The notes beneath the pieces were generated by a model, which saw nothing but the letters and a program-made list of their open reading frames with translations, searched no databases and was not told the origin of the DNA. A stretch of DNA of 64,000 nucleotides, taken from NCBI GenBank assembly GCA_026914245.1, contig CP110440.1, positions 3,038,001-3,102,000 of the forward strand. The letters are read 5' to 3'. Shown one piece after another: positions 62,456-64,000 of the stretch. The translations under genes were made by a program, and so were the position numbers. Every line of letters starts with the position of its first letter. The first letter of the stretch is position 1. Source of the DNA: Puccinia triticina (Eukaryota).

Positions 62456-64000
62456 TGTGAGATAAACCAAGACTTCTCCATTCCTGAAATCCAAGCTGAA
62501 ACTCTTCAACCTCAGACCTGGGACAAATCCTGCCAGTCTTCCCATGTAGAGGATGCTAGACTGATGAAATGTAAACCTGATAGAGGAAAAGCTCATCTTA
62601 CTGGAAAAGCTAGTCTCACTACTGTCCACATTGAATCCAGAGAACACTCATGTCTTCTTGATAGTGGAGCTTCTTGCTCAATCATCAGCAACAGATTGCT
62701 AGATTCTATGATACCAGAATGTGAAAACAAGCTCATGCCAATCAACCATGCTAAATTCCACAGCTGTAGTGACCAATTACAGCCAATGGGCATAATAGAA
62801 ATGGCTTTGATTTTTCCTCATACTAAAGATTCAGTAAGAATTCTAGCAGAATTTGTAGTGATGAAAAATGCCAGAATCAACTACCTTATACTTGGAAATG
62901 ATTACATGTCTCTGTATGGTTTTGATATCACAAACAGTAAGGAAAGATTCTTCACCATTGGGAATGAGAACAAGAGGAAGAAATTCAATTTCAAATCCCA
63001 TCATCTAGAGAAAATGAGTCCTTCAAATGAAATTTCTGCTGTAAAGAAGTCCAATCCTCAACTGCAACAATTTATTGCAGAAGAACTTTGTGAAGCCAAG
63101 TTCAGTGATAAGCTAACCATTGAGCAAAAAGAGAAGCTGTTTGAAGTCCTCTACAATAACAACCTTGCTTTCTCTCACACTAATCAGCCCCTTGGTGCCA
63201 TTAAAGGCCATGAAGTCCATCTCAAGTTGACAACTGAGAGGCCCTATCCCCCTCTGCTCAGGAGACCTCCTTATCCTGCCAGCCCCAAAAGCAGAGAAGC
63301 TCTTGAGCAACATATTGAAGAGCTAGTAAACCTGAATGTTCTGAGGAAAGTTGGCCATAATGAGGTAGCTGAGATCATAACTCCTGTAATCATTGCCTGG
63401 CACAATGGAAAGTCCAGAATGGTAGGAGATTTCAGAGCTTTAAACTCCTATACTGCTTCAGACAGGTATCTCATTCCCAAGATCAATGAGACTCTGAACA
63501 ACCTAGCCAAAGCTAAATATCTGACTAGTATGGATGTACTCAAAGGTTTTCACCAGAATGTCATTGCAGAAGATTCCAGACACCTGCTCAGGATTATTAT
63601 GTACAAAGGAATCTATGAATACCTGAGAATGCCCTTTGGAATCAAAAATGCCCCCTCTCATTTCCAGAGAATGATGGACATTGAGTTCAGAAAAGAAATT
63701 GATGAGAAGTGGTTCATTATCTACATTGATGATATCATCATTATGTCCAACACTTGGGAAGAACACCTCAATAGGATAGACAGGATACTGAAAGTTGTCA
63801 TAAACATGAACATGAAAATCTCCCTGAAAAAGTGTAACTTTGGATTTGACCAGATCAAAGCCCTGGGCCATCTTTTCTCTGGAATTTCTATAGGAATAGA
63901 TCAGAACAAAGTAGCTGCTGTTCTCCAAAAGCCTGTGCCTAGTATTAGGAAAGAAATGCAATCTTTTCTTGGTTTTGCTGGTTACTACAGACAACACATT
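62456..64000 (+). CDS. pol: Gypsy-B pol (protease + RT); absent from the ORF track because it has no stop before the window end
   Basis: Manual translation CEINQDF..LLDSGASCS..ILGNDY..RRPPYPASP..MPFGIKNAPSHFQ..YIDD..QSFLGFAGYYR, with no stop seen. Confidence 0.92.

Larger units (their letters stand above)
34493..64000 (+). mobile_element. tRNA-Pro-primed Ty3/Gypsy (Gypsy-B), split by nested elements and continuing beyond the window
   Basis: 5' LTR 34493-35426 and PBS, then internal segments 35427-37029, 46767-49329 and 62456-64000, which rejoin when the inserts are removed. Confidence 0.75.

Noticed and set aside
63113..63997. Minus-strand ORFs in the track
   Set aside because: Antisense shadows of the plus-strand reverse transcriptase frame.

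Overview
Eukaryotic, almost entirely transposon-derived window. The TE families, short GT-AG introns and TpCpG-type decay point to a rust fungus (Pucciniales), but this is inference. No intact host gene is seen. Boundaries were resolved from termini, target-site duplications (TSDs) and reading frames that rejoin once an insert is removed. Contents in order: (1) a Helitron 3' end at 1911. (2) A 2.6-kb non-autonomous Helitron (3563-6139) carrying captured cyclin-B-like and PRP17/CDC40-like exons, inside a probable LTR that runs into a ~173-bp satellite. (3) A decayed chromodomain Ty3/Gypsy (8132-16790) with two nested solo LTRs. (4) A young non-autonomous LTR element (20633-25570), a Copia remnant and a solo-in-solo LTR pair. 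(5) From 33741 on, a five-level nest: hAT > tRNA-Pro Gypsy > [a tRNA-Tyr Gypsy; and a 13.1-kb RepHel Helitron > LTR fragment > small Helitron]. The most unusual signals are the Helitron exon capture, a ~90-nt structured motif repeated four times at functional junctions of the tRNA-Tyr Gypsy, a 51-nt mature tRNA-Tyr copy as PBS, CpG-centred 4-bp TSDs, and spliced accessory genes in the large Helitron.
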